From a bacterium (lineage in GTDB: Bacteria; Patescibacteriota; Minisyncoccia; Phycocordibacterales; UBA9973): a stretch of DNA of 64,000 bases. The DNA is taken from the NCBI GenBank assembly GCA_037143195.1, contig JBAWZD010000002.1, forward strand, positions 72,785 to 136,784, written 5' to 3'. Positions 9,685 to 20,322 of the stretch are shown piece after piece (within the stretch, counting starts at the first letter, position 1; every line of letters starts with the position of its first letter). The notes under the pieces are model-generated. The model ran no database searches and was not told where the DNA came from. It saw nothing but the letters and a program-made list of their open reading frames with translations. The position numbers were made by a program, and so were the translations under genes.

Positions 9685-10860
9685 TTAAGCAGCGTCTTCG
9701 GCTACTGTCTCTTTTTTCTCAACAACTGTTTCACCGTCTGATGATCCTACTGTTTCACCAGCGACTCCTTTGATATCAATTCTCCATCCTGTGAGTTTTG
9801 CGGCGAGACGAACGTTCTGTCCGCCCTTTCCAATCGCGAGTGAGAGCTGATCATCTGCGACTTCAACACTTGCAGTGTGCTCAGTGTCATTGATGACGAC
9901 TGAGAGTGCTTTTGCTGGAGAAAGTGCAGCTGAAACGAATTTTGCTGGGTCAGCATTCCATTCGATGATGTCAATCTTCTCGTTGCCGAGCTCACTCATA
10001 ACAGTTGTTACACGGATACCCTTCTGTCCAACACATGAACCGACTGGATCAACATGTTCGTCAGCTGAGAATACCGCAATTTTAGTACGAGCACCTGCTT
10101 CACGAGCAGTTGATTTGATTTCGACGGTACCACTTGCAACTTCCGGAGCTTCTTGGGCGAAGAGTGCAGTGATAAATTTTGGATGGGTGCGTGATATTTT
10201 GAGAGATACGCCACGAGGAGTTTCTTCGACAGCATAGAGATATGCGCGGATACGCTCACCACGACGGTAGTACTCGTTTGGAATCTGTTCTTCGCGAGGA
10301 AGAATAGCGGTAACGCGACCAATATCGACGAAGACATTGCCGCGCTCCATCTTTTGGATCATGCCACTGACGATATCACCTTCGTGACCGCCAAATTCAC
10401 TCATGATTGCGCCGTGTTCTGCCTCACGGATACGCTGAATGATGACCTGTTTTGCCGTTTGCGCTGCAATACGGCCGTAATCTTCTTTGGCTTCAAGGGG
10501 GAAATTGATTTCCTCACCGACAACTGCGTTTGATTTCATGATGCGAGCATCCTCAAGGAGAATGTGGTGTTCAGGATTGAAGCGAACACGCTCATCGCCT
10601 TCTGGAAGGTCTGGAGTATCAACACCATCTTCTACGAAGTAGACAGTTGATTCATCTGCAACGATTTTTACCTGAAAGAAGTCGGTGCGACCAGTTTCGA
10701 GGTCAAAATGCGCGCGGACGATCTGTCCACGTTTGCCGTAGTCTTTTTTGTAAGCGGCGGCGAGTGCCTGTTCGATGGCATCGATGATCTTCTCGCGGGG
10801 GACTCGGCGCTCTGTTTCGAGCTGATCGAGGGCTATTTTGAGTGCTTTGAGGTCTAACAT
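9685..10860 (-). CDS. nusA: transcription termination/antitermination factor NusA
   Basis: NusA N-terminal domain followed by S1 and KH regions (GARTKIAVFSADEHVDPVGSCVGQKGIRV). Confidence 0.9.
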   Translation of the reverse strand: MLDLKALKIALDQLETERRVPREKIIDAIEQALAAAYKKDYGKRGQIVRAHFDLETGRTDFFQVKIVADESTVYFVEDGVDTPDLPEGDERVRFNPEHHILLEDARIMKSNAVVGEEINFPLEAKEDYGRIAAQTAKQVIIQRIREAEHGAIMSEFGGHEGDIVSGMIQKMERGNVFVDIGRVTAILPREEQIPNEYYRRGERIRAYLYAVEETPRGVSLKISRTHPKFITALFAQEAPEVASGTVEIKSTAREAGARTKIAVFSADEHVDPVGSCVGQKGIRVTTVMSELGNEKIDIIEWNADPAKFVSAALSPAKALSVVINDTEHTASVEVADDQLSLAIGKGGQNVRLAAKLTGWRIDIKGVAGETVGSSDGETVVEKKETVAEDAA

Positions 10861-11059
10861 ATATGATTTTAGCCTTATTTTATAAGGCTCGTTATTAAAT
10901 TTTCTAATTTTTGATACGGCGCGCAGGTACTCCCTTTAAAAAAAAGAGCCGGCCCGATGGCCGACATACCGAAACACCTTATCTAGTAACATATATATAT
11001 TACTCTGGCTGGTAAAAAGTGTCAATACGGGATGTGCGGCGACATAATATGTGTTTGTC

Positions 11060-11147
11060 GCCGCCGAGGACTGACCGAGCGAGCGGTTTCGGAGTATAGA
11101 GCGTAAACTACAAGCGCATTATTACGCGAGCAAGATTCCGCAGGCAA
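11060..11147 (-). repeat. ~90-bp-family dispersed repeat copy (core TTGCTCGCGTAA...GAAACCGCTCGCTCGGTCAGTCCTCG)
   Basis: Reverse-orientation copy in the nusA upstream intergenic region, flanked by short GTGCGGCG/CGCCGCAC inverted repeats. Confidence 0.65.
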
Positions 11148-11228
11148 GATAAATACACTATTATGGCGCCGCACTTACGTGTTGTTGGTTTTCCACAGTA
11201 GAGTGATTGATATCCACTGTCGCGATAA

Positions 11229-11561
11229 GTGATACAATATATGTCTATGGATGCTCCAACACAGAAAGCAGTTCGTTCGTCGCGTTCAAATGTTACCGCG
11301 TTCCTTTTTATTATCATTGGGCTTGCCATTGTCGCGAGTGTGATTGTGTTTTTGAAGAAGACCACAAACAACAATCAGGCACAGAAAGCTGACCTGCATG
11401 CAGGTATTATCAATCAGATCGCGACAGACTCGACCCAAGGAGACTTGAGTACCAAAGAGAAGACCGATATTTTGAAACAAGTGAGCAAAAATACTCCCGT
11501 GACGAGTGCTCAAGACCGAGCGGCGATACTCGATTCTATTAGTAAGGCTTCAACACAATAA
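11229..11561 (+). CDS. small membrane-anchored protein
   Basis: 110 aa with a single N-terminal TM helix (AFLFIIIGLAIVASVIVFL). It lies directly upstream of the GYAW-repeat protein. Confidence 0.4.
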   Translation: MIQYMSMDAPTQKAVRSSRSNVTAFLFIIIGLAIVASVIVFLKKTTNNNQAQKADLHAGIINQIATDSTQGDLSTKEKTDILKQVSKNTPVTSAQDRAAILDSISKASTQ

Positions 11562-11566
11562 GCACA

Positions 11567-13153
11567 ATGACAACTATCACACAGTGGATCAAACAAAAAA
11601 GTGTCATGCTCGGAGTGGTAGCTTCGATAGCAATCGTCACGCTTTTTTCATACGCCACACTCAATCCTCGTTTGACGCATGCCGCAGCGGGCATGGGTGG
11701 AGACCTTCATGGATACGCATGGAGCTCAACTGTGGGTTGGATGAGCATGAACTGCGCTGAGGGCAGTGCTACTGGAGGCACGGTATGTTCAACTTCAAAC
11801 TACAAAGTCACACTCGACCCTGCGACGCAGATTTTTTCGGGATACGCATGGAGTTCAAACGTTGGATGGGTTTCATTTAATTCGAGCGATGTTTCTTTTT
11901 GTGGCTCGCAAGCAGCACTTTCTGCGGGGAGAATGACTGGCTGGGCTCGTGTGCTGAGCGGTGTATATCCGAATGGAGCAGATGGCTGTATCAGTTTTGG
12001 TTCTGCAACGACGAGCACCTATGGCGTGAATGTAGATTCAGTCGCCGGGACATTTTCTGGCTATGCATGGGGCTCAATTACGCTCGGCTGGCTTGATTTT
12101 AGTCGCGTTACGATGACGCCGACCACTGCGACTGTTGATTTGAAAGTCTTTGACCCATCGACAGGTGTTGCGACAAACGGACCACTCACGGTAGCGCTTG
12201 CTTCAGGTACAGGCACTGCAAAACTTTCGTGGACATCAAGTGGTGTTTCGTCATGTACGGCGAGTGTGACTCCTGCGACGACATCATCTGCGACTGACTG
12301 GCATGGATCAGTCGCAACGACGAGTACTGGCGTTACTGTTGGTTACTCACTCGCATCATCGGCGACTTACACATATACAATTACTTGTACGCCATCAGGA
12401 GGGACACTTTCACCCGTGTCTGATTCAGTACAAGTTGTTGTTTCAGGAAGTAGTACCGGAACATATGTTGATCTCAAAGTGCAGGGAGTGAGTGGCCCAA
12501 CAGACGGTCCAATCACTATGCCAGATTGGACTGGTGGACCAGAAGTATTGCTCTGGACTTCATCGTCTGATGTCACTTCATGTGTGGCTGATTCAAGCCC
12601 TCGTGTTTCAGATTGGAATAGTACAACTGCAATTGGAACATCAAGTGTTTCAACCGCGATTACACTTCCATCAAATATGACGACAGGAATGCTTACTTAC
12701 GTGTATAAGATCGTTTGTTCTGGTAGTACAATTGCAACTGACACTGTACTTATCAATGTGCCACCTGCAGACGTGCCAACATGTGCAGTTCGCCCAGGGC
12801 CATACACAATTGGAACAGGAACACATGTACATTTTGAAGTTCCAATCACGATTGCATGGACACCAAGCTTCAATCCGACAGATTTTTCTCTCGACTTGAG
12901 TAGTGCCTCTGGACTTGCTGTTTCGCTTGTTGATACTGCTACAGGCGCACCGGCAACATCAATCACGGCACGAGGTGGACGTCTCGGACTTTGGATTGAT
13001 GGCGCGATGCCGACTTCAACGAAGACCATCGTGGTGAATGCAAGTCCATCGAGTGCAGGTACGGGAGTGACTTCATGTGATTCCGCAAGCATTGTGATTA
13101 ATCCATCGGGCAGCGGAGGTGTTCGCGGTACGTTCCCATGGCAGGAAAAATAA
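11567..13153 (+). CDS. secreted/anchored surface protein with GYAW-x3-GW repeats and Ig-like Thr/Ser-rich region
   Basis: N-terminal signal-anchor. Three repeats of HGYAWSSTVGWMSMN / SGYAWSSNVGWVSFN / SGYAWGSITLGWLDF occur. The rest is low-complexity and beta-rich. Confidence 0.6.
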   Translation: MTTITQWIKQKSVMLGVVASIAIVTLFSYATLNPRLTHAAAGMGGDLHGYAWSSTVGWMSMNCAEGSATGGTVCSTSNYKVTLDPATQIFSGYAWSSNVGWVSFNSSDVSFCGSQAALSAGRMTGWARVLSGVYPNGADGCISFGSATTSTYGVNVDSVAGTFSGYAWGSITLGWLDFSRVTMTPTTATVDLKVFDPSTGVATNGPLTVALASGTGTAKLSWTSSGVSSCTASVTPATTSSATDWHGSVATTSTGVTVGYSLASSATYTYTITCTPSGGTLSPVSDSVQVVVSGSSTGTYVDLKVQGVSGPTDGPITMPDWTGGPEVLLWTSSSDVTSCVADSSPRVSDWNSTTAIGTSSVSTAITLPSNMTTGMLTYVYKIVCSGSTIATDTVLINVPPADVPTCAVRPGPYTIGTGTHVHFEVPITIAWTPSFNPTDFSLDLSSASGLAVSLVDTATGAPATSITARGGRLGLWIDGAMPTSTKTIVVNASPSSAGTGVTSCDSASIVINPSGSGGVRGTFPWQEK

Positions 13154-13177
13154 TCGTATTACTAACTTATCAATAAT

Positions 13178-14308
13178 TTGTATACATATATGTTAAAAAA
13201 AATTCCATCGCTTTTGATTGTGCTTTCGTTCCTCAGTCTCACTGGAGTTGCACATGCTGCACTTGGTACGACTACTACGGCAGATCCGTGCCTCACTTCA
13301 GCTGGCGGTTCATCGACATGGGTTGCTCCAACAGGTGCGGCTCCGTCAAATAATGTCGCTGCTCCAATTAATGTGAGTGGCACAGATCAGGTAAAGCCGG
13401 GCAAATTGACCGTTGGGACACTTCCATGTCCGGCTCCTATCAATAACATCTGGACACCAACGTCAAAATTGACGGTGAATGGCATCACTGATACGGCTGG
13501 ATTTTCAAACTGGGGTGCGACGTTTTTGAGTGGACTTGTTTCTGTCGGCAGTACCTATACAGTTACTGGTACGGCAAAAGCTCCAAAATTATACGTGAAA
13601 GCTGACCCATTGGTGGGCACCTTTTCATCGACAAATCTTCCTCAGATTGCTGCTTTGTTCGGTGGTAATGTTGCTGTTCGAGGCACACTTGGGGTTACGC
13701 AAAATGATGGAAGCGTCCTTCCTTCGTCCGGTCTCACCGTATCAAGTGGATACAATACGATTTATGTTCAAGGTATTCCAGTATGTCTTCAGAATGGTTC
13801 TAATTGTCCTACCGGACTTGGTACTTCGACTACTGGTACGACGACTACCACGAGTTCTTCATGGACTGCGTCGGGAACAAGTCTCTATAATACAAACACG
13901 GGAACAGTCATGCTTGGCACGACTTCAAATATTTACCCAAGCACAAAACTCTTTGTCTCAGGTACTGCTCGCGTTGGTGCTGACGTGAACTATGGAACAA
14001 GCCCTGTACTCAGTGTCGCTCCTGGTACCGTAAACTTTGACGCTCCTGGAGTCATTGGTGGTCGTATGTCTATCAATGGCACTACAGGTGAAGTTACCAT
14101 CCCTGGCAATTTGAAAGTCGGAGGATCGAGTGTCTGTCGTGCAGATGGTACAAACTGTCCGTCAGCAGGTGGTATCACTCTCGGATCGGCGGTATACATC
14201 AATCAATGCCCCGGTGTCGCTTTTGGAATGCTGACAACCGTTGCGAGTTCGTACTGTGATGGCACAACATTTACAACGAATACTCCTGCAGGACATTTGG
14301 TTCCGTAA
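13178..14308 (+). CDS. secreted Gly/Thr/Ser-rich fibrous protein (possible pilus-associated adhesin)
   Basis: Signal peptide (SLLIVLSFLSLTGVAHA). The protein is T/G/S-rich with Cys pairs. A terminator follows at about 14341-14372. Confidence 0.5.
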   Translation: MYTYMLKKIPSLLIVLSFLSLTGVAHAALGTTTTADPCLTSAGGSSTWVAPTGAAPSNNVAAPINVSGTDQVKPGKLTVGTLPCPAPINNIWTPTSKLTVNGITDTAGFSNWGATFLSGLVSVGSTYTVTGTAKAPKLYVKADPLVGTFSSTNLPQIAALFGGNVAVRGTLGVTQNDGSVLPSSGLTVSSGYNTIYVQGIPVCLQNGSNCPTGLGTSTTGTTTTTSSSWTASGTSLYNTNTGTVMLGTTSNIYPSTKLFVSGTARVGADVNYGTSPVLSVAPGTVNFDAPGVIGGRMSINGTTGEVTIPGNLKVGGSSVCRADGTNCPSAGGITLGSAVYINQCPGVAFGMLTTVASSYCDGTTFTTNTPAGHLVP

Positions 14309-14418
14309 TCTGATTCTGGTTGTATACAATAAATCAGTGAGCAAAAAATCCGCGTGAGCGGATTTTTTGCTAGGCAGAATTTTTTTTCATTGATATAATG
14401 AATGAGTAAAAAATTCTT

Positions 14419-16170
14419 ATGCAAATTAACCCTGAGCAACTCAAAAGATTTATTGTTGAAAGTGGACTTGTGTCGACGACAGATATTGCTGCTGCTGAAA
14501 AAACAATCGCAGGTAAGGGAGAAAAAATAGGGCAAGCACTTGTTGCTGCAGGCAAATTGAAAGCCGCAGATTTGAAACGTATCGAAGCATACGTGATTGG
14601 AATTCCGTTTGTGTTTCTTGGGAATGAAAAAATTGAACCAGAAGTGCTCGCATTGATCCCAGAACCAATCGCGCGCACAAACAACGTCGTTGCGTTCAAG
14701 CGAAATGACGATCGATTGCAAGTCGCAATGCTTGATGTGGACGATCTTCCAACGATTGATTTCGTCAAGAAGAAGACTGGCCTCAAAATCGTGCCATGTT
14801 TGACTGATGAAGCTTCGATCAAGTCTGCGCTTCAACAATACAAGAAAAGTCTCAAAGCTGAATTCGATGCAATCATTGCCAAGGAATCAGTGTCTGCAAA
14901 AACGATTGCTGAAGGATCAGTTGCCGACGCGAGTGAAAAGGAATTGAAGGCGCTCGCGGAAGATTTGCCAATCGTGAAGATTGCCGATACGCTCATCGCG
15001 CATGCTATTAGTCAAAATGCATCCGACATTCACATTGAACCAGGGGAGGAGTCACTCGTCGTTCGCTATCGTATCGATGGAATTTTGCACGATGCGATGA
15101 CGCTTCCAAAAGATGTTGCTCCAGGATTGACTGCACGTATCAAAGTGCTTTCTGGATTGAAACTCGACGAGAAACGCTTGCCACAAGATGGACGTTTCAA
15201 AATGGAGAGTGACGGAGAAAAAGTTTCGTTTCGTGTCTCCACACTTCCAACCTACTACGGAGAAAAGACGGTACTTCGTTTGCTTCGCGAAACTTCTCAC
15301 GGATATACGCTTGAGAATTTGGGATTTCATGGTGATGCGCTCGAACGTATTCATACGGCAATGAAACAGCGTGCGGGAATGATTCTTGCAGCGGGACCAA
15401 CGGGAAGTGGAAAGACCACGACGCTGTACACTATGCTCGATATTCTCAATACGACGGATGTAAACATTTCAACCGTTGAAGACCCGATCGAATATCAGGT
15501 GCCACGCATCAACCAAACACAGGTGAAGCCAGAGATTGGACTTACGTTCGCGAACGGTCTCCGTACGTTGCTTCGTCAGGATCCTGACATCATCATGGTG
15601 GGAGAAATTCGTGACGGAGAGACGGCTGGGCTTGCGGTCAACGCGTCTCTCACGGGTCACTTGGTGCTCTCAACGATTCACACCAATAGTGCCGCAGGAG
15701 CGATTCCGCGCATGATTGATATGGGAATCGAGCCGTTCCTAATCGTCTCGACAGTAAAGACAGTAATGGCACAACGTCTTGTTCGCCGACTCACGCATGC
15801 CCGTGAAAAATATGTGCTAAACGATGCTGAGCTTGCTGCGTTGGGCAAACTCATTGATCTTGATGCGATGCTTGCACTTTTGAAGAAAGAAAAAATTATT
15901 GACCCAGCGATTACATGGCAACAAATCCCGTTTTATCGCCCGAAGAAAAGTGAAGAATCAGAAGATGGATACAAGGGGCGTGTCGGTATTCATGAAGTGC
16001 TCACAGTGTCTCAAACGATTCGTGAATTGATTTTGAAGGGAGCATCTCAAGATGTGATCAATGATCAGGCGCGCAAAGAGGGGATGATGACAATGCTCGA
16101 AGATGGAATCTTTCTTGCTGTGCAGGGACTCACAACGACTGAAGAAGTGCTCCGTGTTATCTCTGAATAA
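14419..16170 (+). CDS. pilB: type IV pilus assembly ATPase PilB / GspE family
   Basis: Walker A GPTGSGKTTT, and the GspE_N plus ATPase core are present. Confidence 0.9.
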   Translation: MQINPEQLKRFIVESGLVSTTDIAAAEKTIAGKGEKIGQALVAAGKLKAADLKRIEAYVIGIPFVFLGNEKIEPEVLALIPEPIARTNNVVAFKRNDDRLQVAMLDVDDLPTIDFVKKKTGLKIVPCLTDEASIKSALQQYKKSLKAEFDAIIAKESVSAKTIAEGSVADASEKELKALAEDLPIVKIADTLIAHAISQNASDIHIEPGEESLVVRYRIDGILHDAMTLPKDVAPGLTARIKVLSGLKLDEKRLPQDGRFKMESDGEKVSFRVSTLPTYYGEKTVLRLLRETSHGYTLENLGFHGDALERIHTAMKQRAGMILAAGPTGSGKTTTLYTMLDILNTTDVNISTVEDPIEYQVPRINQTQVKPEIGLTFANGLRTLLRQDPDIIMVGEIRDGETAGLAVNASLTGHLVLSTIHTNSAAGAIPRMIDMGIEPFLIVSTVKTVMAQRLVRRLTHAREKYVLNDAELAALGKLIDLDAMLALLKKEKIIDPAITWQQIPFYRPKKSEESEDGYKGRVGIHEVLTVSQTIRELILKGASQDVINDQARKEGMMTMLEDGIFLAVQGLTTTEEVLRVISE

Positions 16171-16181
16171 TTTTTACCACA

Positions 16182-17399
16182 ATGCTATTTGCTTATACAG
16201 CGCGAGATGCGCAAGGAGAAACAATCGAAGGTACGCTTGAAGCGGCCGATCGTTTTACTGTTGCAAAAGAACTCCGCGAACGAGCACAAACTCCGATCAC
16301 TGTTCGTGAAATTGTACCCAGAAACAGAGTTGCGCTTGGATTGTCTCGCATATTCGCGCACGTGAGTTTGCATGAAAAAATTGTGTTCATGCACAATCTT
16401 TCTGGAATGCTCTCGGCTGGGTTGCCGCTTTTTCGAGCACTCGAGGTTGAGAAGAAACAAAACAAGAATGCGATGCTTGTTACTATTTTTGATGGATTGC
16501 TCGCAACTATTAACCAAGGAGGTACTTTGTCAGAAGGACTTGCGAAATTTGTGGATGTATTTCCACCACTTGTAGTATCGATGGTTCGTGCCGGTGAAGA
16601 ATCAGGAAACCTCGCCGGTACGCTCAAGGAAATCGGAGATAACCTCGAAAAAAGTTATAAGTTGAACCGCAAGGTAAAAGGTGCGTTGATGTACCCGACG
16701 ATTGTTATCTCCGCTATCTTTATTATCGGAGCATTGATGCTTGTGTTTGTTGTACCGACTCTCACGAAAATTTTTAAAGACTTTGGAACGAAATTGCCAG
16801 CGTCAACACAGTTTGTGATTACGATTTCTGATGGAGTTTCTGCTCATCCGATCTTCTTCCTTGATTGTGTCATTGTTGTGTTTGCGGCATTTTTCTACTT
16901 TTTCAATTCAAAGCAGATGCAACGAACAAATGATCGTATGGCTCTTTCGTTCCCGGCGATTAAAAGTATCACTCAGGAAATAAACACTGCTCGTACCGCA
17001 CGAACACTTTCGTCACTCTTGTCTGCTGGAGTCGAAATGACACGTGCACTTTCAATCACCAAAGATGTCGTGCAAAATTCGTATTACAAAGATGTGCTTG
17101 AGCGCGCAAGTATTGCACTTCAAAAAGGAGAAACACTTTCGTCTGTATTCAAAGGGGCGCCTGATTTGTATCCAGTGATGGTAGGAGAGATGGTCGCCGT
17201 TGGAGAAGAAACTGGTGCGTTGACCTCAATGCTTGCAGACATCGCGACGTACTATGAAGAAGAAGTTGACGCGCAAACCAAAAATCTTTCGACCATCGTT
17301 GAACCAATTCTGATGATCTTTATTGGAGCAGCGGTTGGATTCTTTGCGGTATCAATGATTTCACCAATGTATGGTCTCGTGAGTACGCTTTCATCATAA
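16182..17399 (+). CDS. pilC: type IV pilus platform protein PilC / GspF family
   Basis: 405-aa polytopic membrane protein with the typical tandem GspF repeats. Confidence 0.85.
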   Translation: MLFAYTARDAQGETIEGTLEAADRFTVAKELRERAQTPITVREIVPRNRVALGLSRIFAHVSLHEKIVFMHNLSGMLSAGLPLFRALEVEKKQNKNAMLVTIFDGLLATINQGGTLSEGLAKFVDVFPPLVVSMVRAGEESGNLAGTLKEIGDNLEKSYKLNRKVKGALMYPTIVISAIFIIGALMLVFVVPTLTKIFKDFGTKLPASTQFVITISDGVSAHPIFFLDCVIVVFAAFFYFFNSKQMQRTNDRMALSFPAIKSITQEINTARTARTLSSLLSAGVEMTRALSITKDVVQNSYYKDVLERASIALQKGETLSSVFKGAPDLYPVMVGEMVAVGEETGALTSMLADIATYYEEEVDAQTKNLSTIVEPILMIFIGAAVGFFAVSMISPMYGLVSTLSS

Positions 17400-17411
17400 C
17401 AAACAGAGAGT

Positions 17412-17891
17412 ATGCAATTATCATTCCAACACAAAAAAACTCAAGGTTTCATGCTCATTCAGTTGGTAATTGGTATTGTCGTTATTGGCATTCTCTCGGG
17501 AGTTGTTGCGCTCAATCTTGGCACATTTCTCGGGCACCAAGCGATAGACAACGGAGTCGGAGATGTAACGGCGCTCCTTGATGAAGCTCGTTCGCGTACT
17601 CTCGCACATGAAGCTGGATTACAATATGGTGTGCACCTTGAGACGACGAAGGCGGTTCTTTTTTCAGGGGCGACATATTCCACAATGGCCCCAGACAATC
17701 GAACCGTTCTTCTCGACCGCACGGTCGAGATCACCTCGATCTCGCTTGCTGGCGGGGGAACCGAAGTACTTTTTGACCCACTGACTGGAGATACCGAGGA
17801 AGATGGGACTTTTGTTGTGCAGGCAGTCACCTCGATGAGTGGTGCAAAAACGGTTACAATTACTCATGCGGGGCAAGTGAGTAGTCGGTAG
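17412..17891 (+). CDS. type IV (pseudo)pilin, prepilin-type N-terminus
   Basis: KKTQGFMLIQLVIGIVVIGILSG is a class III signal peptide with G|FMLIQ. Gln occupies +5 where Glu is usual. Confidence 0.7.
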   Translation: MQLSFQHKKTQGFMLIQLVIGIVVIGILSGVVALNLGTFLGHQAIDNGVGDVTALLDEARSRTLAHEAGLQYGVHLETTKAVLFSGATYSTMAPDNRTVLLDRTVEITSISLAGGGTEVLFDPLTGDTEEDGTFVVQAVTSMSGAKTVTITHAGQVSSR

Positions 17892-17897
17892 GTTTTC

Positions 17898-18413
17898 GTG
17901 TATCGTATGCAAAAACTATTTTTACGTATGCAGAATTTGAACGAGAAAGGATTCAACCTTGTTGAAATCGTTATCGCAACGGGAATTATTTCTCTGTCAC
18001 TTGTGTCTATTATCGCGATAGCGGGACGTTCAATTGCAGTCTCACATCGTGCACTCAATACATATACGGCAGCGCTCTTGCTTGAAGAAGGAGCTGAGGC
18101 TACACGCATTGTTCGAGACAATAGCTGGGCGACGATTTCAGGTTTGACTGCAGGTGATACCTATTATCCGGTGTTTGATCCTGCGACCAACACGTGGTCA
18201 CTTTCGACAAATCCGACGGATGGGGAGGTAGGTATGTATACTCGATCAATCATTCCACTCAATGTCCTTCGTAATTCAGGAGACGATATCGATGTTTCCG
18301 GGACGCTTGATACGGGGACACGATTCTTTACTGAAAATGTAACGTGGAGAGAGAGTAATGGACAGATGCAATCGAAGACGGAATCATTTTACCTGTCTGA
18401 TATATTTTCATAA
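17898..18413 (+). CDS. type IV pilin-like protein
   Basis: NEKGFNLVEIVIATGIISL carries the G|FNLVE prepilin motif. The true start is probably the internal Met around 17925. Confidence 0.7.
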   Translation: MYRMQKLFLRMQNLNEKGFNLVEIVIATGIISLSLVSIIAIAGRSIAVSHRALNTYTAALLLEEGAEATRIVRDNSWATISGLTAGDTYYPVFDPATNTWSLSTNPTDGEVGMYTRSIIPLNVLRNSGDDIDVSGTLDTGTRFFTENVTWRESNGQMQSKTESFYLSDIFS

Positions 18414-18418
18414 TAGTT

Positions 18419-18967
18419 ATGTGGCACTTTCAACAACAACTGAAAAATTTCGAGACACCTTCTCGCGAGGGAGGGTATTCATTTGTTGAAATTATTGTCT
18501 ATATGATGTTGTTTGTTACACTTTCAACGGTGCTAATCAGTTGTTTGATTGGCATGACCAAAAGTTATCGTGTCATGCGCTCAACAAATGACCTTATTGA
18601 TTCAGCGCATGTTTCTATGGAACGCATGACACGTGAAATACGTGGAGCAACAAGCATTGATTTGACGACGAGCGTTTTCGGAACAGATCCAGGTGTGCTC
18701 AAATTGAATACGACTGATTCGCTCGGGGTTTCGAAGACAGTTGAGTTTGATATGACGGGTGGAGCGCTTGAGATGGTAGACAGTAGTTATGGAACTCCGA
18801 CCGATTTGACGGGAGAAAGTGTTGCGGTGACTTCACTTATTTTTCGCAAGATCACACCCGCCCACGGAAGCGCCGTGAAAGTTGAAATGACGCTACACTC
18901 ACTTCGCTCTCCGATCGATCGTTCAATCTCACTGACTGATACTGTTGAACTTCGCGGAAGTTATTAA
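18419..18967 (+). CDS. pseudopilin / minor pilin-like protein
   Basis: REGGYSFVEIIVYMMLFVTL carries the G|YSFVE prepilin motif. Confidence 0.65.
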   Translation: MWHFQQQLKNFETPSREGGYSFVEIIVYMMLFVTLSTVLISCLIGMTKSYRVMRSTNDLIDSAHVSMERMTREIRGATSIDLTTSVFGTDPGVLKLNTTDSLGVSKTVEFDMTGGALEMVDSSYGTPTDLTGESVAVTSLIFRKITPAHGSAVKVEMTLHSLRSPIDRSISLTDTVELRGSY

Positions 18968-18972
18968 ATCGT

Positions 18973-20250
18973 ATGAATATCCGATCATCACAACAAAATA
19001 CGGAACGAGGTGCTGCGATGATGATTGCCGTAATCTTTTTTATTCTTGCCTCGGTGCTCCTCGTGCTCGGATTATCTGCACCTGCTGCTCGCGAATATCG
19101 TATTGGACTTGATGCTATCACTTCACGTCAAAGTCTTGCTGCAGGAGAGTCTGGGGTTGAAGATGGGTACTATCGTCTTAAAAATGGAATGCACCTCGGT
19201 TCGAGTACCTCATTTTTTATTGGGAATGTTTCTGCTTCGACAACGATTACAAATATTGGTGGCGGAGTTGAAGAGGTGGTTGGTACTGGAAATTCGTTGG
19301 GTGACCAACGTTCAAGCACGCTTCGCGCCGTCGTTGGAAGTAGCGTTCCTCTCCACTATGCTGTTATGTCTGATGATGGAGGTATAGATATGTCTGATAC
19401 ATCGTCGGTTACTGGCGATGTACATGCAGATAAGGAACTTCACGGACAAGATGGCGTCAGTATCAGTGGTACTGCAACGGTGGGAAATTCAGCGGCAGGT
19501 GCTTACGGAGTTGTGCGAGGAGATGATGCTGCACACCAGATTCATGTGGGCGTTGGTAGTGTCGGAAATGTGTATGCGCACACTGTCAACTACACAAATG
19601 CGACGGGGATATTGTACTGCACACTTGTGCTCAGTTCCTCAGGGCCGTGTTCTCCGTATCCGGACCCTGTCTATACAGAACTTCCAATTTCAAGCACCGA
19701 TATTTCAACATGGGAAACAGATGCAGCGAGCGGGGGAGTCATTTCGGGGAGCTATAGTGTTTCGACTGCGGGAGTTACGCTCGGACCAAAGAAAATCAAT
19801 GGTGATTTGATAATTCCTGATTCTGCAAATCTGACGCTCTCTGGGGTGCTGTGGGTCACCGGGAATCTCACAATCACAGGTAGTGGAAGTATCAATCTAT
19901 CTTCAAGTTTTGGATCAAACAGTAGCATGATTATTGTTGATGGTACGATTACTACGTCCGCGGGGAGCCATATTGTTGGGTCAGGAACTCCGGGAAGTTA
20001 TGTCTTGCTCCTTTCGAATAGTACAAGCTCAAGTGCGATTACTTACCGCGGAACAGGTTCGGCGGTTGTCTATGCTCGACAAGGAACAGCTATTTTGAAC
20101 GGTTCCGCTTCGGCAAGTTTTGTCGCAGGACAGACCGTACACTTGTTTGATACGTCCTCTGTTGTGTACGATTCAGCACTGCTCGGCACGGTATTTGTGA
20201 CAGGCGCAAGTACTCCCCCCGCAATTCTCTCGTGGAGAGAGACCAATTAG
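18973..20250 (+). CDS. PilX-like pilus assembly protein (N-terminal PilX_N-type anchor)
   Basis: ERGAAMMIAVIFFILASVLLVLGL at the N-terminus is followed by a large Ser/Gly/Thr-rich domain. Confidence 0.55.
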   Translation: MNIRSSQQNTERGAAMMIAVIFFILASVLLVLGLSAPAAREYRIGLDAITSRQSLAAGESGVEDGYYRLKNGMHLGSSTSFFIGNVSASTTITNIGGGVEEVVGTGNSLGDQRSSTLRAVVGSSVPLHYAVMSDDGGIDMSDTSSVTGDVHADKELHGQDGVSISGTATVGNSAAGAYGVVRGDDAAHQIHVGVGSVGNVYAHTVNYTNATGILYCTLVLSSSGPCSPYPDPVYTELPISSTDISTWETDAASGGVISGSYSVSTAGVTLGPKKINGDLIIPDSANLTLSGVLWVTGNLTITGSGSINLSSSFGSNSSMIIVDGTITTSAGSHIVGSGTPGSYVLLLSNSTSSSAITYRGTGSAVVYARQGTAILNGSASASFVAGQTVHLFDTSSVVYDSALLGTVFVTGASTPPAILSWRETN

Positions 20251-20322
20251 CACGCCGGCGCGCTTCATTGCGAAGATCAGAGGCGCGTTTTTGTGTGCGC
20301 GCCGGCGTGCTATAATCCACCC

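Noticed and set aside
14203-14838. 211-aa ORF on the minus strand overlapping the pilB start
   Set aside because: It overlaps two supported plus-strand genes and spans their intergenic terminator. Its Phe/Cys/Lys-rich composition is typical of antisense AT-rich translation.
20251-20322. 14-bp inverted repeat GCACGCCGGCGCGC...GCGCGCCGGCGTGC upstream of tpiA
   Set aside because: It is likely just the pilX-operon terminator overlapping the tpiA -10 box. The single copy gives no evidence of being a mobile element, so it was not listed as a repeat feature.
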